A stretch of DNA of 64,000 nucleotides from a virus: positions 96,001-160,000 of IMG/VR virus record IMGVR_UViG_3300045912_000789. One strand, written 5' to 3'. A program made the translations under genes and the position numbers. Of this stretch, positions 9,897-19,736 are shown one piece after another; position 1 is the first letter of the stretch; every line of letters starts with the position of its first letter. The notes under the pieces are model-generated. The model saw only the letters and a program-made list of their open reading frames with translations. It was not told the DNA's origin and ran no database searches.

Positions 9897-10376
9897 CTAC
9901 GTACCGGCCTTCTGTGCGCTTCCATGTAGACCTCCTCGCCTGCTGATAGCTGCGAGGACGGTCTTGATCCGCAGGGGGTTGCCGGCGACGTCGCGCGGAG
10001 CGATCTTGCGCAGGCCCTGGAGGTTCAGCAGATCCTGCGCGATGCTCAGGAGGTGTTGTCGGCAGGTCTCCAGGTCGATGCCGTTCTCGATGAAACGATC
10101 GAGCAGCACGAGGAACGGGTGCCACGGGGTGGGGTCGCGCAGACGACGGGCCATCAGGAGCAGCGCCCGGGCGTCGAGGACGTAGATCTGGCGCTCCCAG
10201 TGCCGAGCCGTGACCTCGTCGTCGAACGCCTCCTGCCGGCAGGCGTCGAAGTAGAGCGTGGTGAGGTGGGTGGGGTGCGGTAGCTGGTGGGCTGCGCCGA
10301 GCAGCAGCGTCTCCACGATCCCCATCTTCCGTGAGAGATCTGCGAGGGTCGCGCGGTCGGCGAGGGTGTCGGTCAT
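9897..10376 (-). CDS. Hypothetical protein
   Basis: GC3-biased ORF MTDTLADRATL... Confidence 0.6.
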   Translation of the reverse strand: MTDTLADRATLADLSRKMGIVETLLLGAAHQLPHPTHLTTLYFDACRQEAFDDEVTARHWERQIYVLDARALLLMARRLRDPTPWHPFLVLLDRFIENGIDLETCRQHLLSIAQDLLNLQGLRKIAPRDVAGNPLRIKTVLAAISRRGGLHGSAQKAGT

Positions 10377-10471
10377 GCGATTCCTGGTGCGTTGAGGGAT
10401 CCGATCCTGTATGTATTCCCCTAACGGGCCGAAGTAGGCTACCATTCGGCCAGATCCCCGTGGAGACCCTC

Positions 10472-11293
10472 ATGACCAGCCACGACACCTCCCCGTTCAT
10501 CGGGCGGTCCGTCGATCCCCAGAGCCTGGAGGCGATGGGGAAGCAGGCTGCCCGTGCCGCCGAGACGGCCGGGATCAGCATGACCGACGCCGTCGTCCAG
10601 ACGATCGGCCACGTCAAGCTGAACTCCGAGCAGGTCCGGCGCGTGGTCGAGTACGCCAACATCGAGATGTTCAACCGCAAGTTCGCGGCGATGTCGGGGT
10701 ACGTCCGCGCGGTCCACATCGACGGCGGTCCGGCGGACCCCGTCCAGGTCATGCAGAACCTCAACGATGCGGCTCGGCCGCGGGAGGTGATCGTGGACTC
10801 CATGGAGTACTCGATGCCGCCGGATCTCGTGAAGTCGTCGGGTGCGATGCACTTCGACTTCGTCCCGGAGCGCACGCGCGCCGGGGCGCTGGGCGAGGTG
10901 TACGCGCTCCAGTCGAAGCTCTCGTCAGCTCACGACGAGCTGGTGCAGAACTTCGAGGCCTCGAAGGAGCGCCTCTCGGAGGCCTTCACGCGCCTGATCG
11001 ATCAGGTGAAGTCGGCCTCCGCCGGCGGAGCAACCCCGGAGGAGATCTACGCGGCCTGGCACCGGGTCCACCCGGAGCTGGCGAAGATCGCCTACGACAA
11101 GCTCAAGGTCGCGATGCGCTCCGACAACGAGAAGGTCGCGGGTCGGATGATCAACCCGGACGCGAAGGTCGTCTCGATCTTCCGCGACTTCGTCAAGGAG
11201 TCGCTGAGCACCGAGGCGCACACCCACGCTCTGCGGAACGTCGAGGCCGAGCTGAGCAAGGTCTCGTCGTGGCTGCGGAAGCACGGAGGCTGA
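10472..11293 (+). CDS. Putative head/internal virion protein
   Basis: First gene of the head operon, RBS GGAG; VKSS, VKSAS and EKVA motifs. Confidence 0.65.
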   Translation: MTSHDTSPFIGRSVDPQSLEAMGKQAARAAETAGISMTDAVVQTIGHVKLNSEQVRRVVEYANIEMFNRKFAAMSGYVRAVHIDGGPADPVQVMQNLNDAARPREVIVDSMEYSMPPDLVKSSGAMHFDFVPERTRAGALGEVYALQSKLSSAHDELVQNFEASKERLSEAFTRLIDQVKSASAGGATPEEIYAAWHRVHPELAKIAYDKLKVAMRSDNEKVAGRMINPDAKVVSIFRDFVKESLSTEAHTHALRNVEAELSKVSSWLRKHGG

Positions 11294-11294
11294 T

Positions 11295-11576
11295 GTGACG
11301 TACCGAGCAACCTCGAACGCGATCCAGCTCCTCAAGACCGCCTCGGCCCTCCAGACGGGTGAGCGGGCGGCGAAGGCTCTGAAGGGCCTCGTCGTCGGCG
11401 GCACCAACCTGGGTGCCGGGGTGGCCAAGGGACTCGATCTCCCCGAGAACGTCGGCCGGGCGGCGGCCATCGCCGGGATGGGCGGGGCCGCCTACGTCGG
11501 CGGCAAGCGCGTCAAGCGCAAGGCAGACGAGCTGAAGTTCCGGCTCATGTACGGCGACCCGGCCCAGTACTACTGA
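11295..11576 (+). CDS. Small Gly/Ala-rich putative virion protein
   Basis: LKTAS motif plus hydrophobic AAAIAGMGGAAYVGG. Confidence 0.6.
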   Translation: MTYRATSNAIQLLKTASALQTGERAAKALKGLVVGGTNLGAGVAKGLDLPENVGRAAAIAGMGGAAYVGGKRVKRKADELKFRLMYGDPAQYY

Positions 11577-11585
11577 GGAGCGATC

Positions 11586-12326
11586 ATGGCAGCCAAGTAC
11601 GCATCGGGCAGCAGCACGTTCGGCAAGCTCCTCTCGGACCCGCACTTCTGGGCGCCGGCCGTCGCGATGGGAGCCGGAGTCGCGGTGACCGGCGCGGCCG
11701 GGGCCGTCCAGAAGCTCGTCGACGCCAGGCAGCAGGCGCGGTCGTTCAAGGAGATGCTGGAGCTGCATCCGCAGCTCAAGACCCGGGATCAGGCGTTCGT
11801 GAAGCGCATCTACACGAGCCTCCACAACGTCAACCCGATGATGGCCCGCGACCCGATGGTCGCCGGAGCCTGGACCGACACGATCATCGAGAGCGGCGGG
11901 CTCGATCAGGGCGCCGCCGCTCGTGCGCTCCTCGAAGGCGTGAAGGACTTGGCGCAGATCCGGTCCTCGATCTCGCAGGCGAAGCAGCGCGAGACCAGCG
12001 CCCCGAAGGCCATCGGCGCCGGCGTCAGCCGGATGGTCGAGCACGGCTTCGCGCGAGGGAAGGAGCTGGAGCGCGAGCACGGCGATCTCGCCGCGGCCCA
12101 CAAGCAGATCAAGGACATCCAGGAGGCGGGCATCCAGGAGCGGGCCCACCGACGAATCGAGGGCCTGACCCGCGCCTACACCGACGCCGCCAGCCGCATG
12201 GAGAAGCTGGTGCAGGGCGGGCACGTGACGCCGCAGCGCGTCGACCAGCTCATGGGCGCCGTGATCAAGAAGCACAGTTCCGCGACGACTCCCGGACAGA
12301 AGCTCATCGCGGCCTGCCGAGGCTGA
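11586..12326 (+). CDS. Putative virion protein with N-terminal hydrophobic helix
   Basis: RBS GAGGAG; AKYAS; APAVAMGAGVAVTGAAGAV. Confidence 0.65.
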   Translation: MAAKYASGSSTFGKLLSDPHFWAPAVAMGAGVAVTGAAGAVQKLVDARQQARSFKEMLELHPQLKTRDQAFVKRIYTSLHNVNPMMARDPMVAGAWTDTIIESGGLDQGAAARALLEGVKDLAQIRSSISQAKQRETSAPKAIGAGVSRMVEHGFARGKELEREHGDLAAAHKQIKDIQEAGIQERAHRRIEGLTRAYTDAASRMEKLVQGGHVTPQRVDQLMGAVIKKHSSATTPGQKLIAACRG

Positions 12327-14107
12327 TGCACACGAAGCGCGCATACTTCGCCGGGGAGCACGACGGAGAACCCCTCGTCCAGATCGTGCGCCCCGGCGAG
12401 CAGGTCAAGACGGCGTCCTTCATGATGCCGTCCGTGCAGTCGTTCATCGATCGGCTGACACCAGATCCCCGCTACACGTACGTCCTCGTCAACGCGATGG
12501 GGTACAGCGAGTTCTACGGCTCGAACTCCAACCGCGACTGGTACGGCCACAACCAGCACCTCGACTTCAACGGGCTGCTGCACTCGCCGCCGGACTTCGG
12601 CAAGGACTACGAGACCGACAAGATGCAGGGCCTGGCGTGGCCCTACGGCTTCCCCAGCTACTACGGCGCGACCGTCTACGCCCACCACAAGAACACCGAT
12701 CCGCAGCAGCTCGGGTTCGGAGACGTGATCTACGTCGCCCCGAATCCGATCATGAAGCGCATCGAGCTGGTCGAGCGCGTGTTCAACGAGGAGGCCCAGA
12801 AGAAGGGGCACACCTCGATCCTGGAACGAATCGCCGCCGGAGAGCGGGTCGACGTCTCGATGGGCTGCAAGGTGCCCTTCGACTTCTGTTCGATCTGCAC
12901 CGACTGGGCACTCGTCAAGAAGGCCTGGAAGACCTTCAATCCCGACGAGCATCGCCACCCCGGCATCGCGATCCTGCACTTCCACAAGACGGTCCAGCCC
13001 ATCCGGGGGCTCGCGATTACCCGCAAGGACTACTGCGAGCACATGCTCCAGATCCCCGGGAAGATCCTACCCGACGGCCGCAAGGTCTTCGTCTACAACG
13101 ACTTCCCCCGCTTCTTCGACATCAGCTTCGTGCTCGTCGGTGCAGATCGCACTGCGCGTGTGATGTGGCACCTCGGGTCGACGAAGCCGACGGAGGGGAC
13201 GACGGCGGGTCCGTGGGCCAAGCGCGAGAACAGTATCGTGCGGCTGCTGGAGAACCTCCTCAACAAGACATCGGCGATCAACATCGCCTCGATGGAGAAG
13301 GAGATCCCCGACGGTTTCGCCCAAGCGGTGAAGCACGACAGCGACACCGCGCCCGACATCAGCGGGACCCTGACGGTGGTCCTGGACGGAGCCGAGGACC
13401 GGAAGCTGATGGCGAAGAAGATCCTCACGGCGCTCGCCGTGTTGGGCATCGTGCCGTCCCCGAGGGAGTTCCAGACCCTCGCCCTCACCCACGTGCCGGG
13501 CGGTGACCTGATCAAGAAGGCGCTCGACGAGAAGGGGGTGGTCTTCGACACCTCGGTCGGCGGGATCGACGACACCTTCAGCGTCAGCGAGAAGCTCTAC
13601 GACGCCAAGCTCACGCAGGCGTTCGCCCCGCTGATGTCCGAGCGGTCGAGCTTCGACCCCTTCCTGACCGAGCGCCTGACCAGCTTCGAGCCGAAGACGG
13701 CGTCCGCACCTGCGATGCCGATCCGCACGGAACTCCTCGACAAGCTGGCGTCCCAGTACAACGGCTACCGGATCTCTACGCTGGAGAACGCCGGGGATCT
13801 CTTCCCGAAGAGCGCCGAGTTCCTGGGTGCCCAGACGGTCGCCAAGATGGGCGGGAAGGGGATCGGCCTGGCCGCTCTTCTCCTCGGTCTGGGGCCCGTG
13901 ATATCTTTGCTTTCGTCGCACCTGCGTAGCAGGCGTGAAGAAGGGCAGCAGATCGGTACCATGGCTTCGTTCGTCGCCGACAATCCGAGCTTCGTGACCA
14001 TCACGACGATCGGCGCCGGTCTGCGAGCCGCCATGGCCATCGACAAGGCCGGAGGCCTGGTCCAAGCTGCGCGCTCTGTCGTCACGGCTGCACGAGGGGT
14101 GCTCTGA
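12326..14107 (+). CDS. Prohead (capsid maturation) protease with Zn-finger insertion and C-terminal extension
   Basis: VYAHH, RIAAGERVDVSMGCKVPFDFCSIC and FFDISFVLVGADRTARV match the HK97/herpes-type protease pattern (H...SxG...xSxVxxxAxxxA). Lies upstream of the scaffold and capsid genes. Confidence 0.75.
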   Translation: MHTKRAYFAGEHDGEPLVQIVRPGEQVKTASFMMPSVQSFIDRLTPDPRYTYVLVNAMGYSEFYGSNSNRDWYGHNQHLDFNGLLHSPPDFGKDYETDKMQGLAWPYGFPSYYGATVYAHHKNTDPQQLGFGDVIYVAPNPIMKRIELVERVFNEEAQKKGHTSILERIAAGERVDVSMGCKVPFDFCSICTDWALVKKAWKTFNPDEHRHPGIAILHFHKTVQPIRGLAITRKDYCEHMLQIPGKILPDGRKVFVYNDFPRFFDISFVLVGADRTARVMWHLGSTKPTEGTTAGPWAKRENSIVRLLENLLNKTSAINIASMEKEIPDGFAQAVKHDSDTAPDISGTLTVVLDGAEDRKLMAKKILTALAVLGIVPSPREFQTLALTHVPGGDLIKKALDEKGVVFDTSVGGIDDTFSVSEKLYDAKLTQAFAPLMSERSSFDPFLTERLTSFEPKTASAPAMPIRTELLDKLASQYNGYRISTLENAGDLFPKSAEFLGAQTVAKMGGKGIGLAALLLGLGPVISLLSSHLRSRREEGQQIGTMASFVADNPSFVTITTIGAGLRAAMAIDKAGGLVQAARSVVTAARGVL

Positions 14108-14169
14108 TCCGCTGAGGTAGCTCCGGGCAACCGATGACGCAGGATCCCCGCCAAGAAGGAAGACACACC

Positions 14170-15258
14170 ATGGATCGCGAAACCGACATCTTCGACCTGG
14201 ACGTCCAGGGAACCTCCTCGGGCGACCTGGACGTCGATCTCGCCAACGCGGGCCACGTCCTCCAGAAGCTCGCCGAGGAGGAGGGCGTCGATCTGAACGC
14301 CCTCTCGGACGCGGACGTGGCGGACCTCGTCAGGGATCTTCTCCGCCCCGAGGGTCCGAACGCACAGACCACCCAGGAGACCCGGAAGGAAGCCAGCGCC
14401 ATGAGCACCGAGACCCAGCCCCTCCCCAACGAGCCGACCTACGCCGACGTGGCGGTCGAGCTGAGCAAGATCGCCGCCGCCGAGGGCATCGATCTCTCGA
14501 AGGTCTCCCGCGAGGAGTACCACGAGGCGTTCGCCAGCCTCGCCGAGCAGATGGCCGACCCCGAGTACGGCCAGGCGAAGGAGGCCGAGGAGGCGAAGCT
14601 CGCCGAGGCCTACGCGCAGGGCCAGCGCATGGCCGACGGCTTCCTCGATCGCCTCAAGGAGGCGGAGGACGAGGCCGAGAAGAAGGAGAAGGAGCGCAAG
14701 GAGAAGGAGGGCGAGGAGGGCAAGAAGGAGGCCGCCGGCGCCGTCCGTGCCGCGCTCCACGGCGCGAAGGACAAGGCGAAGAAGATGCTCGGCAAGGGCG
14801 TCGGGCACGCCGTCCGCGCGGGCGAGAAGGTCCGCGGCGCCGCGTCCTCGGCCGCCAAGGGCGAGCGCGAGTTCCACGAGCGCCTCGGCAAGGGCATGCC
14901 CGAGGGCCTGACCCACGCCGTCGCGAAGCGCATGGAGGGCCCCGCGAAGGATCGCCTCAGCCGTGCGCGCACCGCGGTCGGTCGCGGTGCCACGGCGGCC
15001 GGCGCGGCCGGTGCCGCGGGCGCGGCGGGCGCGGGCTACGCGGCGGGGCGCTCGAAGGAGAGCCTCGACGAGGCGGCGCTCCAGATCGCGGCCGAGATGG
15101 TCCGCGAGATGGGCTTCGATCCCTCCACCGGCGAGAAGCTCGCCGAGGCGCACGTCCCGGCCGAGCCCACCGCCGACGCGGACGGCTGGACCGAGGACGA
15201 GATCGCCGAGCGCGCGGTCGAGTTCATGAAGGAGGCGGGCTACCTCGCCCAGGAGTGA
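14170..15258 (+). CDS. Scaffold/internal head protein (acidic, helical, many KLA/KEA motifs)
   Basis: RBS AAGGA; located between the protease and the capsid gene. Confidence 0.6.
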   Translation: MDRETDIFDLDVQGTSSGDLDVDLANAGHVLQKLAEEEGVDLNALSDADVADLVRDLLRPEGPNAQTTQETRKEASAMSTETQPLPNEPTYADVAVELSKIAAAEGIDLSKVSREEYHEAFASLAEQMADPEYGQAKEAEEAKLAEAYAQGQRMADGFLDRLKEAEDEAEKKEKERKEKEGEEGKKEAAGAVRAALHGAKDKAKKMLGKGVGHAVRAGEKVRGAASSAAKGEREFHERLGKGMPEGLTHAVAKRMEGPAKDRLSRARTAVGRGATAAGAAGAAGAAGAGYAAGRSKESLDEAALQIAAEMVREMGFDPSTGEKLAEAHVPAEPTADADGWTEDEIAERAVEFMKEAGYLAQE

Positions 15259-15473
15259 TCGTGCGGCGCGAAGCTCATCCCGTCCTGATGCTGGAAACCT
15301 GGCTCAAGGAAGCCCAGGCAGCCCAGCGTCCGGCCGGGATGAGCGACGTCCGGCGGCGGACGCCGGTCGGGAAGGACCGCCAGGAGTACGCGCAGCCCAA
15401 CCCGCCCGCAGCCACCACTGCCCCCCACACGATCTCCAACCAGAAGGCTCTCAGCCCACCACCCGTGATGTGA
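15255..15473 (+). CDS. Small hypothetical protein
   Basis: GTGA overlap; fills the gap in the operon. Confidence 0.45.
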   Translation: MIVRREAHPVLMLETWLKEAQAAQRPAGMSDVRRRTPVGKDRQEYAQPNPPAATTAPHTISNQKALSPPPVM

Positions 15474-15480
15474 GGAAACC

Positions 15481-16650
15481 ATGACGACCCTCGCCGACAT
15501 CGTGAACAACGCGCTCTCCCAGTCGGAGAGCAGCCTCAAGCTCGCTTCGGCCCGTGACGCGGCGCCGGCCGTCGAGGGAAGCTCGCTGGCCTTCCTCGAC
15601 GCGGAGCTGGCCCTGCCGACCTCGACGCCGAAGCTCGCCTCGGACGACGAGGACGAGGACGATCGCCGTCCTCCGAAGAAGGACGAGAAGAAGGAGCCGG
15701 AGAAGAAGGCGTCCGTCCACGAGATCGTGGAAGACGCCGACTACGCGATGAAGCTCGCGGAGGCCCTGACGCTCGGCTCGAACATCGTCGCCGCGAAGCT
15801 CGCGTCCGACGGCACCGCGCTCGGCGCTCCCGGACCGCAGGTCCACCAGAGCGGGATGCAGCACGCCCCCACGATCCCGAAGGCGCACTCGAAGGTCAAG
15901 GAGACGATCTCGGGTCCGGCGACCAACGCCGGCCCGAACGGCCTGCCGACCTCGAAGGCGGACTTCACGTCGCCCAACGACCAGTCGGGCCGCGCGAAGA
16001 ACCACCCCGGCAAGACCGCCGCCGACGAGGCGTGGACGAAGTCGAAGACGGCCTCGATCCGCCTCATGCGCGCGAAGACGGCGCAGGCCGAGACGCTCAT
16101 CGAGCTGGGCCAGATCGCGGCGGCCGAGAAGCTGCTCGACGAGGTCCGGGCCGAGCAGGCGAAGCTCGCGCAGGACCCCTCCTCGCCCCCGCCGGTCATG
16201 CCGGCCCACAGCGAGTCGTTCAAGCTCGACACCGAGCCCGGCCCGTCCACGCACATCGGCGACAACGCCGCGCTGATCTCGCTGACGAAGAGCGAGGCGC
16301 GCGACAAGACCACGCGCGAGGCCTCGCAGTACATCAGCGAGCCGCCCAAGAAGGACAACGCGGTCGGCGCGCACATGCTGCGGACCGACGGTCAGAAGCT
16401 GAGCCACCTCGTGCTCCCCGGCGCGCGCAAGACCGCGTCGGCGCAGCCCGCGACGGCCCCGGCTCCCACGACCCCCACCACCGAGAAGAAGGCGTCGATG
16501 GACCCCGCGGTCGGCCGCGCCTACCTCTCGAAGCTCGTCAAGACCGCCGGCGATCCCGAGGCGATGCCCCAGGAGCGCGCGAAGGCCGCCGAGGCCATCA
16601 AGGCGATCAAGGCCAAGATCGGGGTGGACCCCGAGGCTCTCCTGAGCTGA
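15481..16650 (+). CDS. Scaffold/internal head protein, about 12 K-x-A motifs
   Basis: RBS GAGGA; low complexity; LKLAS, PKLAS, AKLAS, GKTAA, SKTAS, RKTAS, VKTAG. Confidence 0.65.
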   Translation: MTTLADIVNNALSQSESSLKLASARDAAPAVEGSSLAFLDAELALPTSTPKLASDDEDEDDRRPPKKDEKKEPEKKASVHEIVEDADYAMKLAEALTLGSNIVAAKLASDGTALGAPGPQVHQSGMQHAPTIPKAHSKVKETISGPATNAGPNGLPTSKADFTSPNDQSGRAKNHPGKTAADEAWTKSKTASIRLMRAKTAQAETLIELGQIAAAEKLLDEVRAEQAKLAQDPSSPPPVMPAHSESFKLDTEPGPSTHIGDNAALISLTKSEARDKTTREASQYISEPPKKDNAVGAHMLRTDGQKLSHLVLPGARKTASAQPATAPAPTTPTTEKKASMDPAVGRAYLSKLVKTAGDPEAMPQERAKAAEAIKAIKAKIGVDPEALLS

Positions 16651-16675
16651 ACTTCCCGGAAGGAGACAGACGAAC

Positions 16676-17080
16676 ATGAACAACATGGAGAAGGTGGCGC
16701 ACGAGGTGCCCGGCATCATGCAGGCGGCCTCGCAGCACCTCGTCAAGCTCGCCGGGAAGAACGTCGAGCTGGTGAAGCGAGCGGAGGCCGCGGAGCACGA
16801 GAACCGCGTCATGAAGCTCGCACGTCGGATGGAGATCCGCGGGCTGCACACGAACCTGTCCTTCGAGGACAAGATCGCGCAGCTCATGGAGGTCCCTCTC
16901 GACAAGCTCGCGACGATGGAGCAGGCGGTCGAGATGGCCGCCGGCGGCGTGCGGCTCGGGAAGGTCGCGGAGACCGACTCGGGCAGCAAGATCGCGTCGT
17001 CCGGCTACGAGCCGTCCGGGGGTTCCTCGGACGTCGACGAGCTGGAGGTCTTCATCGAGAGTCAGGCGGCTCTCACCTGA
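16676..17080 (+). CDS. Small coiled-coil scaffold-like protein
   Basis: RBS AAGGAG; seven K-x-A motifs in 134 aa. Confidence 0.65.
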   Translation: MNNMEKVAHEVPGIMQAASQHLVKLAGKNVELVKRAEAAEHENRVMKLARRMEIRGLHTNLSFEDKIAQLMEVPLDKLATMEQAVEMAAGGVRLGKVAETDSGSKIASSGYEPSGGSSDVDELEVFIESQAALT

Positions 17081-17130
17081 GCCGGGATGACCTGAACAGC
17101 AGAGAGACCGTCAACAAGGAGATCTGAATC

Positions 17131-17613
17131 ATGGCCAGCTACGATCGCAAGTTCGAGGTCATCCAGCCCACCCTGGACCGCCTCGTCCGCAAGCCCCTGG
17201 AGGTCGCCGACGTGCGCCTCCTCGACCCGACCGGCGCCGGTGGAGCGGTGGTCGCCCTCATCGCCGGCGAGCTGGTCCAGCTCGACTCCACCTACAAGTG
17301 GATCCGGGCCGCGACCTTCACGCAGCCGTCGTTCTTCTCGGTCGAAGACCGGGGCGACTACGGCGTCCAGGCGTCGCGCAAGCTCAGCGCGATCATGGGC
17401 GGCGGCGCCTTCGAGTGCGACACCATCGTCTACAACACCGGGCTGACCACGGTCGGCGCGGCGGTGCAGGCAGGCGTCGTCAACAACAGCCTCTCGGGCA
17501 GCGTCAACCGCGCCGGCCTCGTCGCCAGCGCCGGCGGCGTCGTCCTCGGCTACGTCACGCGCGTGGCGGCCCTGAACAACGGCCTCCTCCGCATCCTCCA
17601 GACCCTGGTCTGA
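17131..17613 (+). CDS. Putative head decoration/cement protein
   Basis: Small beta-rich protein immediately upstream of the major capsid gene. Confidence 0.5.
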   Translation: MASYDRKFEVIQPTLDRLVRKPLEVADVRLLDPTGAGGAVVALIAGELVQLDSTYKWIRAATFTQPSFFSVEDRGDYGVQASRKLSAIMGGGAFECDTIVYNTGLTTVGAAVQAGVVNNSLSGSVNRAGLVASAGGVVLGYVTRVAALNNGLLRILQTLV

Positions 17614-17666
17614 TCCCCCTCATCGGACGCAGACCCTCAACGAGATCCACGAAGGAGAACCAGACC

Positions 17667-18782
17667 ATGGCCAGCCACAAGGAGATGCTCCTCAACCAGC
17701 TCTCCGACCCCGCCGCGAAGACCAAGATCGCAGCGAAGTTCGGAGGCTACATCCGCGACCGCCTGCGCGAGTCGTCGTTCGCCGAGCAGGTGCTCCCGCC
17801 GGAGAACGTCGACCGCTCGCAGTGCCAGGTCTCGACCCAGCACGACTCGCTCGTGAAGATCGAGTACCTGGAGCCGCGCTCGCGCGCGATGACGGTGACG
17901 TTCCGCGGCGAGCCCCGCGCGAACTTCATCCGCGGCGAGAAGGTCGAGGTGCCGTTCATCACCGTGATGAGCGACATGTTCCAGAAGCCGGAGCAGGAGT
18001 TCCTCGCGTACGCCTTCCCGATCGGGAAGGTGATCGAGCAGAACGCCGTGCGCGACCTCGGCGAGGTGCAGGACCGCGAGTTCCTCATCCACATCGAGGC
18101 CGCCATCCAGGCGCTCCAGACCGAGGCGAACGGCGGCACCCCGACGGCGCTCAACGCGACTACGGTCGGCGCCGGCTCGGTCGTCGAGTTCTCGGCGACG
18201 AAGGGCGAGCTGGCGCGCATCGCGGCCAGCAACACGGCGGTCTCGCTGCCGATCCAGCGGCCGGACATCATCCGGCTCATCAAGCTGCTCGACGGCAACC
18301 GCCTGGAGAGCAACCTCATCCTGATCACGACGGTCGACTGGGACGACATCCTGGCGTGGACCGTCGAGGACCAGGGCGACAAGCTCCAGTCCGAGACGGC
18401 GGTGCAGGGGTGGAAGTACAACCTCCTCCTCGGCAAGCGCTACGTCCGGACGATCAAGACGGACATCCTCCGTCCCGGCAACGTGTACTGCTTCACGAGC
18501 TCGGACTTCCTCGGGAAGTTCTACGTGCTCAACAACGTGAAGTTCTACATCGACAAGTACATCAACATGCTGAAGTTCGTCGCCTGGAAGGACATCGGCA
18601 TGTCGATCATCAACATCGCGTCGGTCCGCAAGCTGGAGCTGTACTCCGGCGACGCGAACCCGACGACGAACGCGGACGGCATCCTCGGCTCGGTCACCCC
18701 GGTGGCGGAGGAGGATCTCGGCCGGCCGAACAACCGGGCGGGCAACCGCCAGTTCTTCCCGCAGGTGGTCAGCATCGGCTGA
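17667..18782 (+). CDS. Major capsid protein (putative)
   Basis: RBS AAGGAG; 371 aa; very strong codon bias; follows protease, scaffold and decoration genes; followed by a hairpin. YIRDRLRESSFAEQVLPP resembles HK97-fold N-arm/E-loop entries. Confidence 0.7.
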   Translation: MASHKEMLLNQLSDPAAKTKIAAKFGGYIRDRLRESSFAEQVLPPENVDRSQCQVSTQHDSLVKIEYLEPRSRAMTVTFRGEPRANFIRGEKVEVPFITVMSDMFQKPEQEFLAYAFPIGKVIEQNAVRDLGEVQDREFLIHIEAAIQALQTEANGGTPTALNATTVGAGSVVEFSATKGELARIAASNTAVSLPIQRPDIIRLIKLLDGNRLESNLILITTVDWDDILAWTVEDQGDKLQSETAVQGWKYNLLLGKRYVRTIKTDILRPGNVYCFTSSDFLGKFYVLNNVKFYIDKYINMLKFVAWKDIGMSIINIASVRKLELYSGDANPTTNADGILGSVTPVAEEDLGRPNNRAGNRQFFPQVVSIG

Positions 18783-18819
18783 TCGCCCCGCGGAAGGCTC
18801 CCGACTGGACCCAGCCACC

Positions 18820-18850
18820 GGAGGGGCATCGGCACTGCCGGTGCCCCTTC
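18820..18850 (+). terminator. Hairpin after the capsid gene
   Basis: GAGGGGCATCGGC-ACT-GCCGGTGCCCCTTC. Confidence 0.55.
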
Positions 18851-18872
18851 TGTGCATCAAGGAGATCGAACC

Positions 18873-19718
18873 ATGGACAGCTCGCAGAACACGCTCCCCC
18901 GGCAGCTCCACCTCCTCGGGGCCGGCCATCACCCGTCCACCAAGACCGTGCGCCGGTCGCATCGCTTCGCCGAGAAGTCGTTCCTGATCGGCTCGCTGCC
19001 GATCCGGCCGAACCGGCGGGTTCCGGTGACCGTCGAGTTCATCGTCGGCCATCTCGACGAGATCATCGACCGCGTGAAGCGCGGGACGCTGCTCGTGCAG
19101 CACTCCGCCGACACGTTCGTCGATCCCGACGAGCTGCGCGCCATCGCGGCCGTCTACCGCGGCGAGACGCCGCCCGGGCCCATCGTGAAGCTCGCGCCGG
19201 ACGACGAGCCGGACGACGACGTCATCGACAACCCCGAGGACGACGGCAACCACGAGGACCCCTCGCAGGTCGAGGAGCCCACGGACGAGCCGGCGGCCGA
19301 GGAGCCCAACCCCGCCGAGGAGGCGTTCGGCGAGGACGCTCCCGAGGCCCAGGAGCCCGCCGAGGAGCCCATGGACGCCCCGGAGGCCCCGGAGGAGCCC
19401 ACGGAGTCCTACGACGCCCCGGAGGCCGACTACGACGCCCCCGGGGACCTCCACGAGCCCGAGCCGGCCATGGAGGGCATGGACGAGCCCGACATGGGCG
19501 GGGAGGCGCTGGAGGCCGCCCCGAAGCTCGCCGAGGAGGCTCCCGTCGACGAGGCCGTCGAGCCCGCCGTCGAGCAGCGCTGGCTGCCCGAGGGCTTCGA
19601 GAAGCTCGGCAAGAAGAAGCTGCTCGCGCTCTGCAAGGAGCGCGACATCACGGTGGAGGGCTCGCGGGTCGACGCCGACCAGCTCGTCCGCCTCCTCACC
19701 TCCTGGAAGAACGGCTGA
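18873..19718 (+). CDS. Acidic E/P/D-repeat protein with C-terminal HeH/SAP-like helix pair
   Basis: DAPEA/EEP repeats; FEKLGKKKLLALCKERDITV...DQLVRLL. Confidence 0.65.
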   Translation: MDSSQNTLPRQLHLLGAGHHPSTKTVRRSHRFAEKSFLIGSLPIRPNRRVPVTVEFIVGHLDEIIDRVKRGTLLVQHSADTFVDPDELRAIAAVYRGETPPGPIVKLAPDDEPDDDVIDNPEDDGNHEDPSQVEEPTDEPAAEEPNPAEEAFGEDAPEAQEPAEEPMDAPEAPEEPTESYDAPEADYDAPGDLHEPEPAMEGMDEPDMGGEALEAAPKLAEEAPVDEAVEPAVEQRWLPEGFEKLGKKKLLALCKERDITVEGSRVDADQLVRLLTSWKNG

Positions 19719-19736
19719 TCACGTCGAGGGTGAAGG

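Noticed and set aside
19200-19570. Short direct repeats resembling a CRISPR or VNTR array
   Set aside because: They are in-frame coding repeats (DAPEA/EEP) with no constant repeat-spacer periodicity and no cas genes.
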